A stretch of DNA of 64,000 nt from Tubiluchus corallicola (lineage: Eukaryota > Animalia > Priapulida): NCBI GenBank assembly GCA_030141605.1, contig JAQGDQ010001032.1, forward strand, positions 4,926 to 68,925, written 5' to 3'. The notes under the pieces are model-generated. The model saw only the letters and a list, made by a program, of their open reading frames with translations. It was not told the DNA's origin and searched no databases. The first letter of the stretch is position 1. Each line of letters starts with the position of its first letter. This document shows, one piece after another, positions 38,912 through 52,700 of the stretch. The translations under genes were made by a program, and so were the position numbers.

Positions 38912-40876
38912 CACATTATACATAATTTCCCGGTATTGCTTTATTTGCTATTACGCATACATATAGATATATAATTCCACCTACGCTATAAAAAATAACA
39001 TCAAAAAATAGGGTCATAGGACCTTTAAGTTACCAAAATATATTTCTAATTCTCTACTGAACATGTAATTTCCATTACATGCACATTGTGCAGTACTAGT
39101 GTGTGAATACATTAGTATTATATATATATAGCAAAGTTGGTTCTGTGCAAAGCTTATCAGTGTAATCATTATGTCTACCCACCAATGATTAATTCCACCT
39201 AGTAATTTTGGCAGAATACATGCTGTTGCGGCCACAAACTAATGTAGTGTATTGTATTGTTTTAGTTCCCATTGTTTTGTAATTTTAGAGTGAAGTCAAC
39301 GACAATTCTCATTTCAATCTTGATTTTTTCCCCCAAGCATTTACAAAATTTTATGAAATTCGTAGAGATCATTTCTGAAAAGCTGCCCTGATGTAAAAAT
39401 GCTATTGTAATGTAATCTAAAAATAAAAATGCAATTTCTGATGCAAAGATCCAGGTTCTGCCAGAAAACAAGGAGCTTAGTAACACCTTGCGTAGAACAG
39501 ACATGACAAAGTTGTGGCTTCTAGAAAATAATATAGCTGCCATATATCACAATATTTTATGTTTCATAAATGAAGGTTGCTACACTATGGGTTAGATTCC
39601 GTTAGAAAACCATAATCTGCAAATCCAGGTACCATATCAACAGAACGATTATGTTATGTTCAATAGGTTGTAATAATAGTTATGGTACTAACTTTTGCAG
39701 TTGTTATATTGCTATAAACAATAATTGTACATTTATATAAAAATGCAGGAAAACATAATTTTGATTAACTTCCTAAGTGAAAGTACTGTAGAAAACAAGC
39801 CAATCATTATTACACATATTTTGCTTGAGTTTTTAAAGGTGATGATATCATGTTGTCTGTAAGCAACTTGATCATAGTTTATTGTACGTTTGTATGAATC
39901 TTGTATAACTGAAACATGCCAGGTGAAGGGAGGAACTGCAGCGAAAGTATTTTTCGTATAAAAGTCCTCTTGTATCAGTGATTTTTGTAATAATATAATG
40001 ACATTGTTTAGCACAAAAATTCCTGTACAGCAGACATAATTTTATACTTGTTCGATTTTCTTTGATATAATTTCGTTATCATTGTGAGATAACTCCTGCA
40101 AAACATTATTACGGACACATCGTTAACCAGAAAGAATATCTAAATGTGAAAAAACTGTGTGTCACTGTGAATTGTATATGGCAACTTGATTCAGCAAAAG
40201 TCCATTACAAGTATATTAATATAATTTGATGTAACATCGAAACATTATTTTCAAAGCTACAGTTTTTTGGAAATGCACCATATTAAAATCGTTGCAAATA
40301 TCAGCAAATTCAACTAAAAGCTGAGAAGAGACAAGAAAAGACAAACTTGTTAAATGTAGAGTAAGTAATTATCTCACCAAATAAAACTTGTTGACAATAA
40401 TTTGTTACGTTCTATAAAAATAAATTCTAGTTTTCTTCAATAAGAGCTGTTGGTTACAGTCAAGATGGCCATGGCTATTAGCACAAAATGCAGGCTTTCA
40501 TTTGAAAATCAATAATAAATGGATACTAATCTCCTAGTAGTAATAAACTTCGCTAACACTGATCGGCTGTATAGACATAACACAGTTTATTTACTGTGTT
40601 AATAAAATTACTACTACTGCTACTAATGAAATGAAGCCTAACGTTGTTTGTTAAGCGATTTCAATAATCTGCTTGTGCTTCACAGAGTGTTTTGATTTTG
40701 TGCTTATAATTATAGCAAAAAGTATATAAATTGTCAAACATGATAATAATAGCCTAGGCAGCTGAAAATAGCAGCAAAGAATTATGGTCGTGCCTATTTT
40801 TTGTTCTCATTGTGAATGCTACCGAACTATAATAATGGTGCGTCGTATCGTAAAGATTTCAAGCTGTTAAACTAAT

Positions 40877-43800
40877 ATGTCGCTCTCCTGTCAGCTCGAT
40901 TCTTATTTAACTGAGGTAATTTTTATTTTATTTTGTTTTATTGATTTTTTTTGGTGTGAATGTTCTTGTTAATGTTGTTATTCTTAAGTTGTGGGCAGTT
41001 AGTTGCGTGTAATGTATAGAAAATAATTATATTAATAGACATAATAAGAAATTGTAAAAGAAAAGTTGATTTTCGTTTAGCCCCCAGTAGACATGATCAT
41101 GATCATGGCAGTCTAGCCATCTGAGTAAGTTTACATTGTACCGGCTACAGCAAAATTCATGCGGATTTTTACTAATTTTTCGCTTGAATTTAAAAGCAAA
41201 TGCGTACGTTAAAATTGTTTGTTATAAAATAATCCGTGATGAGTTACCTAAGCAGTTGGTGCATAATAATTTAAAACAACTTAAATTTCTAATTTATTTG
41301 TGTTTTTAATTTGTATCATAGTTGTGATGATTCAGATCGGCAATAATTATAAGTACATGATGGAACCAACCTTTTCATTATATAAATATTTAAATAATGT
41401 TAGAATGTGATTTCATCATATTTATGGCTATGGATATTGTGTTATAGAAATATTGTAAATGTATTACATCTGGTTGCCAGTGTATTTAAAAAATACTTAA
41501 CACTGATTTGTTAAATGTAATATGTAGGCATTATAGGTAAAAAGTTACATACGTCAGCAGTAGTCTGAGTTCGGGTAAAGTGTGTCGTTGCGTCTGTCTG
41601 TGTATCTGCCGGCACAGTAAAATCATAACAGATTAAGGTCTATACACCAAACTTGACACAACGACATGTCTGTGCAAGAGCTGGAAGCACATTGATTTTT
41701 GGTCTGAATGGTCAAATGTTAAGGCCACAAGGTCAAAAATTTATCTTGACAATACTATGTTGTATGTGCTCAATAGTGGTCAAATGATCAATGTGGTCAA
41801 TAGTGATTTCATGAGGTGGTTCTGCACCCAGAGTGAGTGCATCATTCAAACATAGTCGAGTAACTGTTGTTCTGAGAGTCAATAGCCAAATTCTCTGACA
41901 TTTATCTATCAAAAAACAACCCAGCCAATTTGTAGATAGCTACTACATTAATTTCTAATTTCAGTTGGAGGCGGTTGTTGTTTCCTGCGAGCCATCTGAA
42001 CTTTCCTCTGATAAGGGATGCCAAGAAAGCGGATACGACGTGGTGCTGACAGATACCATTCTTTTTCCAGAAGGAGGGGGACAGGTATAATACTTACAAT
42101 GGCTACAATGTGAACGCATGTGTTAAGGCATAATAACCGTTAGCAGTCCTGCTGTACTTTCATAAAAAAATGTTAACTTTTGTGATGCTATAGTTTGGGT
42201 AAGCATTAATTCAATAGTTATTTTACAAGATTTAACAAATTATTGCTTATATTCCCAGTAGTGTACAAATATGGCTTGCACAAGATTCTGGTATGTTACC
42301 GATATCTTAAATTCACAGCCCCCAATAACTGGAATAAAATAAGTGCCCAAGTAAAAATACACAAAACTATTTATAGTTTCAAAAAGTACTTGAAAAGGAC
42401 CATTTTTGATACATACTTATAATACAATTTTAATGGTTCCATGTCTTATGCAGTCGCAATATATGGCCTCCAATCAATTATAATGCTGTTTTAATATGCC
42501 TCTACGTAAATTAAAAATACCCTGTGGTCATTTCTTCTCCTCTTTTCCTTCTTCCTATCCCTAATCTTACTATTTTTTTCCATTCCATCATGTCTACTAA
42601 CCCGAACCATTCTTTCATTCACTCATTTCTGCCACCCTAACAAGCCAAGCTTTCAAGGTGTCATACAGCAACTCTTTTATTTGGTTAATTTGACTTCGTC
42701 AACGTTTTTTTCCTATACTGTTTCTTTTTGTTTCAATAATATTGTATGTTGATGTATTGTATATGTATTGCTGGAGTGAAATAAATTGATTGATTGATTG
42801 ATCTTGGGCTCTTAGTAAATATTAACAATATGTAACAAAGAAATGAACGAGATTAGGTAATTGGACTTTATATCACTGCCACAATATATTGCATAAAATG
42901 GAATAGAACCATAAAACGGCATAGGGGGCGTATGCTGCACAACTGTAGCAAGTTTCTATAGCACTCTCTGTGACTACGGCCAAATCACGTTGAAAACACC
43001 GGTTCTCGTCTGTTCACTGAAGTTAAGCAACGTAGAGCCTGGTTAGTACTTGGATGGGTGACCGCCTAGGAATACCAGGTGCTGTAGGCTTGCGGGATGC
43101 CCACACTGTATCTCGACACTAGGCGGAGGAGCTGCACAAGCAGCCAACGGCTAGAGGGCGGAGGAGGTCAAGTGACCCAACGGCCATGTGTAGAGGAGTA
43201 AACCTTCCAAATCAGGAGTGGAGCCCCGAAGGCGGACCAGTGCAGCATGCTCACTGACTCCGGCAGCTCCTGCAGCCAACCTGGTGCCAAACGTATCGCT
43301 CCGCTTTCCTTTGGACTACACCAGGGAGGAAGAGAGGGGTTCCTGTTGTCTGGGCAACTCAGGATCTCCATACACCTTGCCCAGGCGTGCGCCCTGGAGA
43401 GGCCACTCCAGTGGTTCAAGGATCGCACTGCTCAGCCACAGTCGACGCTGCAGCTCCATCAATGTGATCAATAACTGACTCTCTTGGCACACACTCCATT
43501 ATCTTCCGAGACAGAAGGATGCCAACAACCACACAATAGCACTGTCTGTGTTATTGTCATAATTCTTTTTTTCCCTCTATTTGCAGGTACAATTAAGTTA
43601 AATTATTTACATACAGACAAACACAACATTTGAGACAATATTACGAATTTACAAAAAAATACATAGAAATTCATCCTAAATAACAATATCACAATTACTT
43701 AGAATAGTTAGTAATAACAACAATATTAATTGGCGATGAAAACATTCAGAATATCATCTAGCTGCATTATTAACTACACAATTTTTAGATATATTAAAGA

Positions 43801-46800
43801 CTATTAAATAAGTTAATGCGTACTTTTTACTCTGTTATTATGGAGAGTAATTATGCTCTCTATAACTACTTACGTTTCACCGCTCAGCGTATTAACTTGA
43901 CGTTTTTGCTTCTTTGAAACTACTTACTTTTCACCGCTCAGCGTATTAACTTGACGTTTTTGCTTCTTTGAAACTACTTACGTTTCACCGCTCAGCGTAT
44001 TAACTTTACGTTTTTGCTTCTTTGAAACTACTTACCTTTCAACGCTCAGCGTATTAACTTTACGTTTTTGCTTCTTTGAAACTACTTACGTTTCACCGTT
44101 CAGCGTATTAACTTTACGTTTTTGCTTCTTTGAAACTACTTGCTTTTCACCGCTCAGCGTATTAACTTGACGTTTTTGCTTCTTTGAAACTACTTACGTT
44201 TCACCGCTCAGCGTATTAACTTTACGTTTTTGCTTCTTTGAAACTACTTACGTTTCACCGCTCAGGGTATTAACTTTACGTTTTTGCTTCTTTGAAACTA
44301 CTTACGTTTCACCGCTCAGCGTATTAACTTTACGTTTTTGCTTCTTTGAAACTACTTACGTTTCACCGCTCAGCGTATTAACTTTCACCGCTCAGCGTAT
44401 TAACTTTACGTTTTTGCTTCTTTGAAACTACTTACGTTTCACCGCTCAGCGTATTAACTTTACGTTTTTGCTTCTTTGAAACTACTTACGTTTCACCGCT
44501 CAGCGTATTAACTTTCACCGCTCAGCGTATTAACTTTACGTTTTTGCTTCTTTGAAACTACTTACGTTTCACCGCTCAACGTATTAACTTTACGTTTTTG
44601 CTTCTTTGAAACTACTTACGTTTCACCGCTCAGTGTATTAACTTTACGTCTTTGCTTCTTTGAAACTACTTACCTTTCAACGCTCAGCGTATTAGCTTTA
44701 CGTTTTTGCTTCTTTGAAACTACTTATGTTTCACCGCTCAACGTATTAACTTTACGTTTTTGCTTCTTTGAAACTACTTACGTTTCACCGCTCAGCGTAT
44801 TAACTTGACGTTTTTGCTTCTTTGAAACTACTTACGTTTCACCGCTCAACGTATTAACTTTACGTTTTTGCTTCTTTGAAACTACTTACGTTTCACCGCT
44901 CAACGTATTAACTTTACGTTTTTGCTTCTTTGGAACTACGCAGTTTGAAAATTCTAGTAAATCATGGTAATCGTATTATAACACGTTAAGTATTTTATAG
45001 AAGTCAGTTGTATTTACATTTAACTTAATTCAGTTTCCATTTTTGTTTCAGCCCGATGACAGGGGAACTGTAAGTACCGTCGTTTTTTACTCTGACATTT
45101 TGTAATACGTTCTTTTTTAATACTGTGTATGTATTGGAATCGGGTAGGTTATTTTTTGCTAACAACAATACTCATGGAGGAATTTATTGTAAACTACCTG
45201 TGAGTTTTGGCTTCTAATTTGGATCACTGAAATGTACATGTGAAAGTCATGTTTGAAGTTGTAGATCACTCACTTTGTAATGATTGAGTTTAAGCACAGA
45301 AGTATGAACAAGAATAAAAAAATCTATAATACATAGTTACACTGTACACAATAGAAAAGTGTTTATTGAATCTACAGACACATGAGTAGCACAACTGCTG
45401 CACTGAACACTGAGAGTTAGAGTGACTAGAAAGCAAAACCAGTCAGTATATATAGGTATAGGTGACCTATGCAGATTTGCACATTCTTCACAACAACCAT
45501 TACTTTAAAATAGGGAGAGAACCAGTGAATGCATATTGGACCATACAATTATACTGGGGGTAATTTAGCTGGTGGAATGTAACAGGATTAGTTCATAGAT
45601 GGCAGCACCTAATTAAAAATGTACAATTCCAACTTCCACAGTATAAGAAGGACACACCTTTATCAAATACAGTAGGTGCCATTTATTAAACTCACGTTGC
45701 ATTTAATTGCATCAAAACTTCTGCTATGGGGCGCTTCTATTCAAATGTACATAAAAACAGTTGGCAATTGACTCAATGTTTTTCTTTATGTACTTGAAAT
45801 AAGACACTTGAGTGTGACCACAGAGCTTTTACAGCTTTTGTGTAATGTTCGTGTCACTCTTCTGCACTATAATGTATGTAGAAACAATCATATTAAGTAC
45901 AGCTTTGTTCGTAAGCATGTGTGTTTGTGATGCGCTAATGGTAGCTGTCATCGGCTTGAATCTGTCACCCGCTCGTCCACTGCAGTTAATCTCGTTTCTG
46001 AAAGCTAAACATTTAATCACTTGACCAGCGGTTTGCTTTTGAAGTTCCCGCTGCTTTTCACAGGAGGAACAAGGTCATCATCAACTGCAGCTCAAGCACT
46101 AGGTGACTAGGTGTGTTGCGTGAATATGTGCAGCAAACAGTAACAGATTTTCAATGTTTTTATCATTATGAGAATTTCATAAACCAACTTCTTTGTGAAG
46201 AAATGAAGCAACCGACCTTACACGAATTTCTGTCATTTTTAGTGGTAATATAATCGGATTTGCGAGAATTTTATTTTCTTTCTTTATTAATTCACTTATA
46301 CAGATTATCATTCTTAAATAATTGCACATTGGAATTTTGACATGAATTCGTTTCTAAAATTCATTTAAAGCCTTTGCAAGCCAAGCGTAACATACTAAGG
46401 TGATGCATCATTATTCATACTTCTATAGTAGTAATAGGCTATACCCTTCAGTTAATTGAATCAGTCGGTTAATTGGGTCGGAACACTTTGGGTCCCAAAG
46501 TGAGTCTATTAAGTGGCGCCTACTGTACCGTCTTACACATTCTATTTCAGAGTTTGTGAAAACATTTTACGATTAACAACTCTATGATTATATTTAGTAA
46601 AATAATCGAGTCCTATAGGAGAATTGCCCCAACATAAACCCAAATGCTTGGAGATGAAATTAGTAGAAATGATTACCCTGACATGTTAGTAAATTACGAG
46701 CTCTGTCTTTTTAGTGTTTCCTGTTTAGTCGTTCACACTTACGGAGAACATGTGACCCGAGCTTTAGATTTGAGACACTGATGCTAAATTACCCTAGACC

Positions 46801-49757
46801 AGTCATAATATATTAGTTTTACTGCCACAAACCGTCACACTTGGATATTAGAAATACTCCGATTAGAGAGTAGTAGTGCTGTTTGTTCATTAGCCAGCTA
46901 CACCTAGCATGATATGACTTGTATACCAGAATTACAAATTTCTGCTATTTTTTATTTGAGAAAGGAGTAGAGTAATATCTTCTAGATTGATGTGTGTCAT
47001 TGGATTAGTATGCTCCCCTGACATACTAATTGATAATGATCTTGAATCAGTTTTTGAAAGATGTTGTATTAGCATGATTGTTGATAAATGATAATTAATA
47101 TGGGAAACCATATTTCTGATTGTAAGTGAGAATTTTTTCATCTCTGAACTTCGTCCTTCATTTACGTTACTTAAATTTTAATGTCACAGTTCACTCATTA
47201 TGGAGTACTTGGCCCATGTTTTCTGTCCTGTTTGCAGATAAATGGTCAACAAGTGGTCAGAGTTACACGGCGAGGCGATCAAGCCGTCCATTCCGTAGCT
47301 AACCCGATAGAAGCTGGAATTAGAGTGACGGTGCAGTTGGACTGGACCAGAAGGTTTGACCATATGCAACAACACACGGGTAAATCCTTAATAACACTTC
47401 TTTATCTAGTTTTATATTGCTATGTAGTACAGTCTCATCTCGGTTTGCCAGACAAAAGCGGGGAGACGTCGGTCCGAATTTGCCGATTGTCCGTGAGTAA
47501 GTAATGTAGAATCAATCGCCTAATTGTCTCAAAAATATCTAGTATAGGCCACTTCTATGCAAAAGTATGTAAAAACTGTCAACAATTGACTCAAATAACT
47601 CTGCATAGTTGACTCTGTATTTTTTCTGCATATGCTTAAGTAAGATACTTTTGTGTGACCAATGAGCTTTTACTATTTTTATGTCGTCTTACTTTGCTTT
47701 AAATACGTAGAAGCAATCATGTTAAGTACAATAGTTACACGCTGCTTGGTCACACTGATGTAATGGTGTAAACAAAGTGACGGCCCGCCAACTAGCAGTC
47801 TGCTCACGAAACAACGGACTGTGTCTGCAGTATGCGGGACTTTTTAACGGTACAGATTTTGTCCGATTCTTCTGATGTCCATAAAACCGAGGTCCAGCAA
47901 ACCGAGATACGAGTGTATGTATGTGTGTATTGTGTATCAGGTATTGTTTAATGTGATATATAGGCATAATAGGTTTCTAAACAATTGGAAACATGAATAT
48001 CTGCTTTTTGCTACCTCTCTGAATATGTTTAACTTCAATAAAATGCATGCAGTGTTGCATAAAGCTAACCAAACAAAAAAATAATGTAATAATAATAATA
48101 ATAATAATCTTTATTTAAAGTCGGCTTTTGGGTCAACAATCAACATTAGCTCAAAGAGCTATTATCGCCGATTGTAAATAGCAACCTACAACTACATAAC
48201 AGACTATTATTATTGCCCCACTTTTACCCTAAATACCACGCATCAAGCAGGGCAACAGCAGGTACCATTTTTAAAGTCTTTGGTATGACCCGGCCGCTGG
48301 TTCGAACTCACGACCTCCCAGACGGAAAGCAGACGCATTACCACTAGACTCAACCATCTGGTCGAAAGCAAATGTTTTTTTTTGCTACATATATAAGGGA
48401 CTGTAAGGAACTGTAAGTATATGTTCATACTTACTATTACGTACTTAACATACTAGTGATCTTTTCTCTACTAGAAAATGCTTCTGTGTTTCCCAGGGAA
48501 CGTTCCGGACATTGCCAGCTTTGTCTAGCTTTTCCGGAAGGATAGAGGAAAGTCATGAAAGCTTTTGCGACACTTGAAATAATAAACTGCGATTATCTTT
48601 TTGTCATTTTTCTAGGTCAACATCTTATAACCGCTATAGCAGACGAAAGATATGGTTACAAGACAACTTCCTGGTGAGATCATGTCTAGCTATTTATATA
48701 ACATTGATAATTGTTGTGCACTTCAACTAGTCTGCTTTTACGAGAATAAAGTTTAAGATTTACGACCAAGCGTCTGCCTTTTGAATTCAATCATCACATT
48801 AAACAATATGTGATACACAATATACACGTACACTCATATGTCGGTTTGCTGGACCTCGCTTTCACGGATATTGGAAGAATCGGACAAAATCTGGAACATT
48901 AAAAAGTTCCGCATACTGCGGACACAGTCCGTTGTTTCGTGAGCTGACTGCTAGTTGGCACGCCACTACACCATTACATCAGTGTAACCAAGCAGCATAT
49001 AAATCTTGTACTTAACATGATTGCTTCTACGTATTTAAAGCAAAGAAAGGCGACATAAAAATAGTAAAAGCTCATTGGTCACACAAAAGTATCTTACTTA
49101 AGCATATGCAGAAAAAATATAGAGTCAATTATACAGAGTTATTTGAGTCAATTGTTGACAGTTTTTACATACTTTTGCATAGAAACGGCCTGTACTAGAC
49201 ATTTTTGAGATAATTAGGCAATTGATTCTACATTACTTGCTCACGGACAATCGACAAATTCGGACCGACGTCTCCCCGCTTTTGTCTGGCAAACCGAGAT
49301 GTGACTGTACCACATAATTATCATTCTAGTGCGTACACTAAATTTTTCAAATTTGCATCACTTGCAAAGATGGTCAGTTTTTTTTGGTGCTATTCTTGCT
49401 GTAGGTGTTATGAAATTTCATTTGTTTTGCAAAATGCTTAGGATAAATGTTTGTTTTATGAAATCCTTTACATATATATGTATGCTATCTTTACTTCGTA
49501 CAATTCATTAAATAAATGTACAGTTCTTATTACTTAGCAAATTTAGTAAATAAATTAATATTAACGATAATTTGTGACCGGATTAGTGGAAAAAAATAAG
49601 TACTAATATTTGCACACACACACACACGCGCGCACACACACATGCACGCACGCACACACACCCACATACAACACACACACACACTATAAGAACAAATCAG
49701 TAATGACTTTACATACTAATATTTACACACGCACGCACACACACACAAACACGCATG

Positions 49758-49789
<32 letters not shown>

Positions 49790-52700
49790 TGCACACACAC
49801 ACGTGCTCACGCGCACGCACGCACGCACTCACACACACACACACACTACAAGAACAAATCAGTAATGACTTTACACTGTTGCAAGATAACCTATTAATAT
49901 AGCTAACTGGCTATTAATATATCGAACTGCCAAAAGTTGAACTTGTGCCAAAATAACTCAACTTAATTTTGCTTACATGACAAAAACATACACAACTCCA
50001 GCAGCATTGGAACAGACTTCTAACAATAACTTCACTAAGCATTGCTCAAGCCCAACATTAAGAACTCCACCCATCGCTAACAATGATTCCTTAATAATAT
50101 TTCCGTTAATAATGGTTTTTCTGTTTGCACTATTAATATATCATTTCATGAAATCATCTTCTTTTAATTTAATGTAATTCCATATTAGATCTATAAGCAG
50201 TTGAGTGTTACTAAGACTAGATATTGTATGATTTCTGTTTTGTACAGTATGCAACTTATGTAGGATTCATTTTGGGTGCCTTTCATACATTTTCGGGGCT
50301 AATTGAGTTTTATAAATATTATAGCAATTTTTTTTCCATTCAAGTGGGATTTAGGCTAGAAGTTTGAGCTATACTAAGTGAAGTTATTGTTAGTGAAGTT
50401 GTCTGTTCCAATGCTGCTGGAGTTGTGTATGTTGTTGTCATGTAAGCAAAATTAAGTTGAGTTATTTTGGCACAAGTTCAACTTTTGGCAGTTCGACCGT
50501 AATTTCAGAACTAGAATTTGGCATTCCCAATTTCTTCTTCCTCATCATTTTGCTTTAATGATGATTTTTTTACTTTGCTCACAGCCATTTTTATTTTTAC
50601 AACGTTTTTTACCTAATTTGAAGCATTAAAATGGTACAAGTTGTGTTATTCTGTTATAAAAATGTATTAGTCACCTAAATAATGCAAGTATTATCATGTT
50701 TTCGCTTGCCGACTGACTACATACTAACTTCTAGCCGTTTGTATCAAGCGACACCCGAGTTTAAACTTTATGCAAAATAATTTTGTCTGTAACCTGTTGC
50801 TATAACAACCAGATTAGTACTACATGACATTGTCTCAAGGTCACTCTATCCAGAGCTTGGCATTCGCTATCGAGTGTTTTACATGCTGTGTTGCTGTGAG
50901 CTTTTCATTATTGCTCTGTGTGTAACTGCAGTTGCATTTGTAGGAGCCTAGGCAATCAAATATCTTCTATAGAACTGGACACACCAAAGATGTCAGTGCA
51001 GCAGTTCGATGAATTAGAAGAGATTGTCAATGAAAAAATTCGAGCAGGTATTCGAGTAACCCCACACCTGTATGCCAGCAAAGATGATTCTTCACTACAT
51101 CAGGTGTGTGTGTTTTTATAAAATTTTCGCTTTGAGTTTCATTTTGTTTGATATAATTTTTTGCTATGAGTTAAATTCAGTTTTGCATTGCTTGTGATAA
51201 CTTCCTTTTATTCTGAGTGGAATTGCATTTTTGCTTTGAGTAGATTTTTGTTGCTTTTGTTTGATGTTATTTTTTCTCTACATTGAATTTCATTAATTTT
51301 TTGCTTGATGTTATTCCTTGTTATGCTTTGAATTGCATTTCTGCTTTGAGTTGATTTTTGTTGCTTTTGCCTTTTATACATACACAAACACCTGAAAATG
51401 TCATGAGCCTGTAAGTAAACTTGTATTCTTAATAAGGGGCAGCTGACCAAGTGACCAATAGGTCTTTTGCTGCTCCTTCTCAGCTGCAATGAAATGTAAA
51501 AATAATTATGACTAATTTTAACTGCTATTGAGAAAATAAAAATTGAATTGAATTAAATTGAATTCAGCTTATAACGCAAGTCTCAGTAGTAGGATAATTT
51601 TATTATGTCTCTGCCAAGGTTATAATAAAGCCTATGTAATCACATATTATTCTTCACACAAACTTCTTACTACGAAAACCCATCTGGTACGAAGTCTTCC
51701 CAAAGTCCCGCCAACATAATTTTAATGTAAAGAAGCACTTGTAATACAATTTCTGCAGTGTTCCACTCCGTATAGACATACTTGATTTATCCCAAGGTGA
51801 TCGTAACCTGCTTTATTGTTTTGTAATCCATCCCGCTTCCTGTTTCTCTTTCTATTCGTAAGCAGCTAGGCCTCTCTTGTGTTTTGTTTCTCTCGGAAGT
51901 CTCGTAGAGAAAACCAGAAAACGCTTCGTCAAATTAAACTGGTTTATTAAGCGAGAATTCTACAACACAAAAGTATGAAGGAACGCGAAATATTTACAGT
52001 AAACGAGAAAATCTGGAAAACGTTTACGTGTATCTGAAAATACAAGTATACAAGATGTAAATTATGAGTTGGTAAAAATGTTGGTAACTGATAGTACAAA
52101 TACGAAAAATATTTAGTTTCTTACTGGGATTCCACTCTATCGTGTCGCAAGAAATAAATCCCAGCGATTTTTATTGCATGTGACATCAGGCAAAAAGAGG
52201 GCAAAGTTTAACAGCTTTAGTGGGAGGAAAAGCTACTGCAGCAGTCATACCACAATCCTGGTACAGATTATGCAAAACAAGGCATCATTGATAAATCTTT
52301 AGAGCTGATGTCAACATAGCACAATCTATTATCTTTCTTCCTACCATTTCCACTAACACATCCTTCTACCCTTCCTGTGTGATCTAACATTTCTCCCAGT
52401 TCTTTTCTTTTGTTCACTCATCCATTCTTTTTTATCGGGTTCACATTACAGTGGGCTTATACAGGCCTTTGCTTCTCTAGCCCACTGCAGTACAATCATT
52501 CTTTTATGATAACGATAGCGTATGAAACATAAGAATTTAAGACAGTATGACGTAATAATTGATGTCACAGTGTGCTTAATGTCATTATATTGTACTGGAT
52601 GTGACAATAATAATAATAAAAAAAAACATTAAATAGACATGTTATTTTTTTTGTTTAATAGCCATTTTGTGAGAACAGTAAGAATGAGTGTATAATGTAG

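Noticed and set aside
39850-40110. Possible decayed MULE transposase on the minus strand (RTFIRKILSLQFLP)
   Set aside because: One short motif with several stops; cannot be supported without a profile search.
45250-45495. Possible additional solo LTR (tgtttgaag...cttcacaaca)
   Set aside because: Imperfect termini and no TSD.
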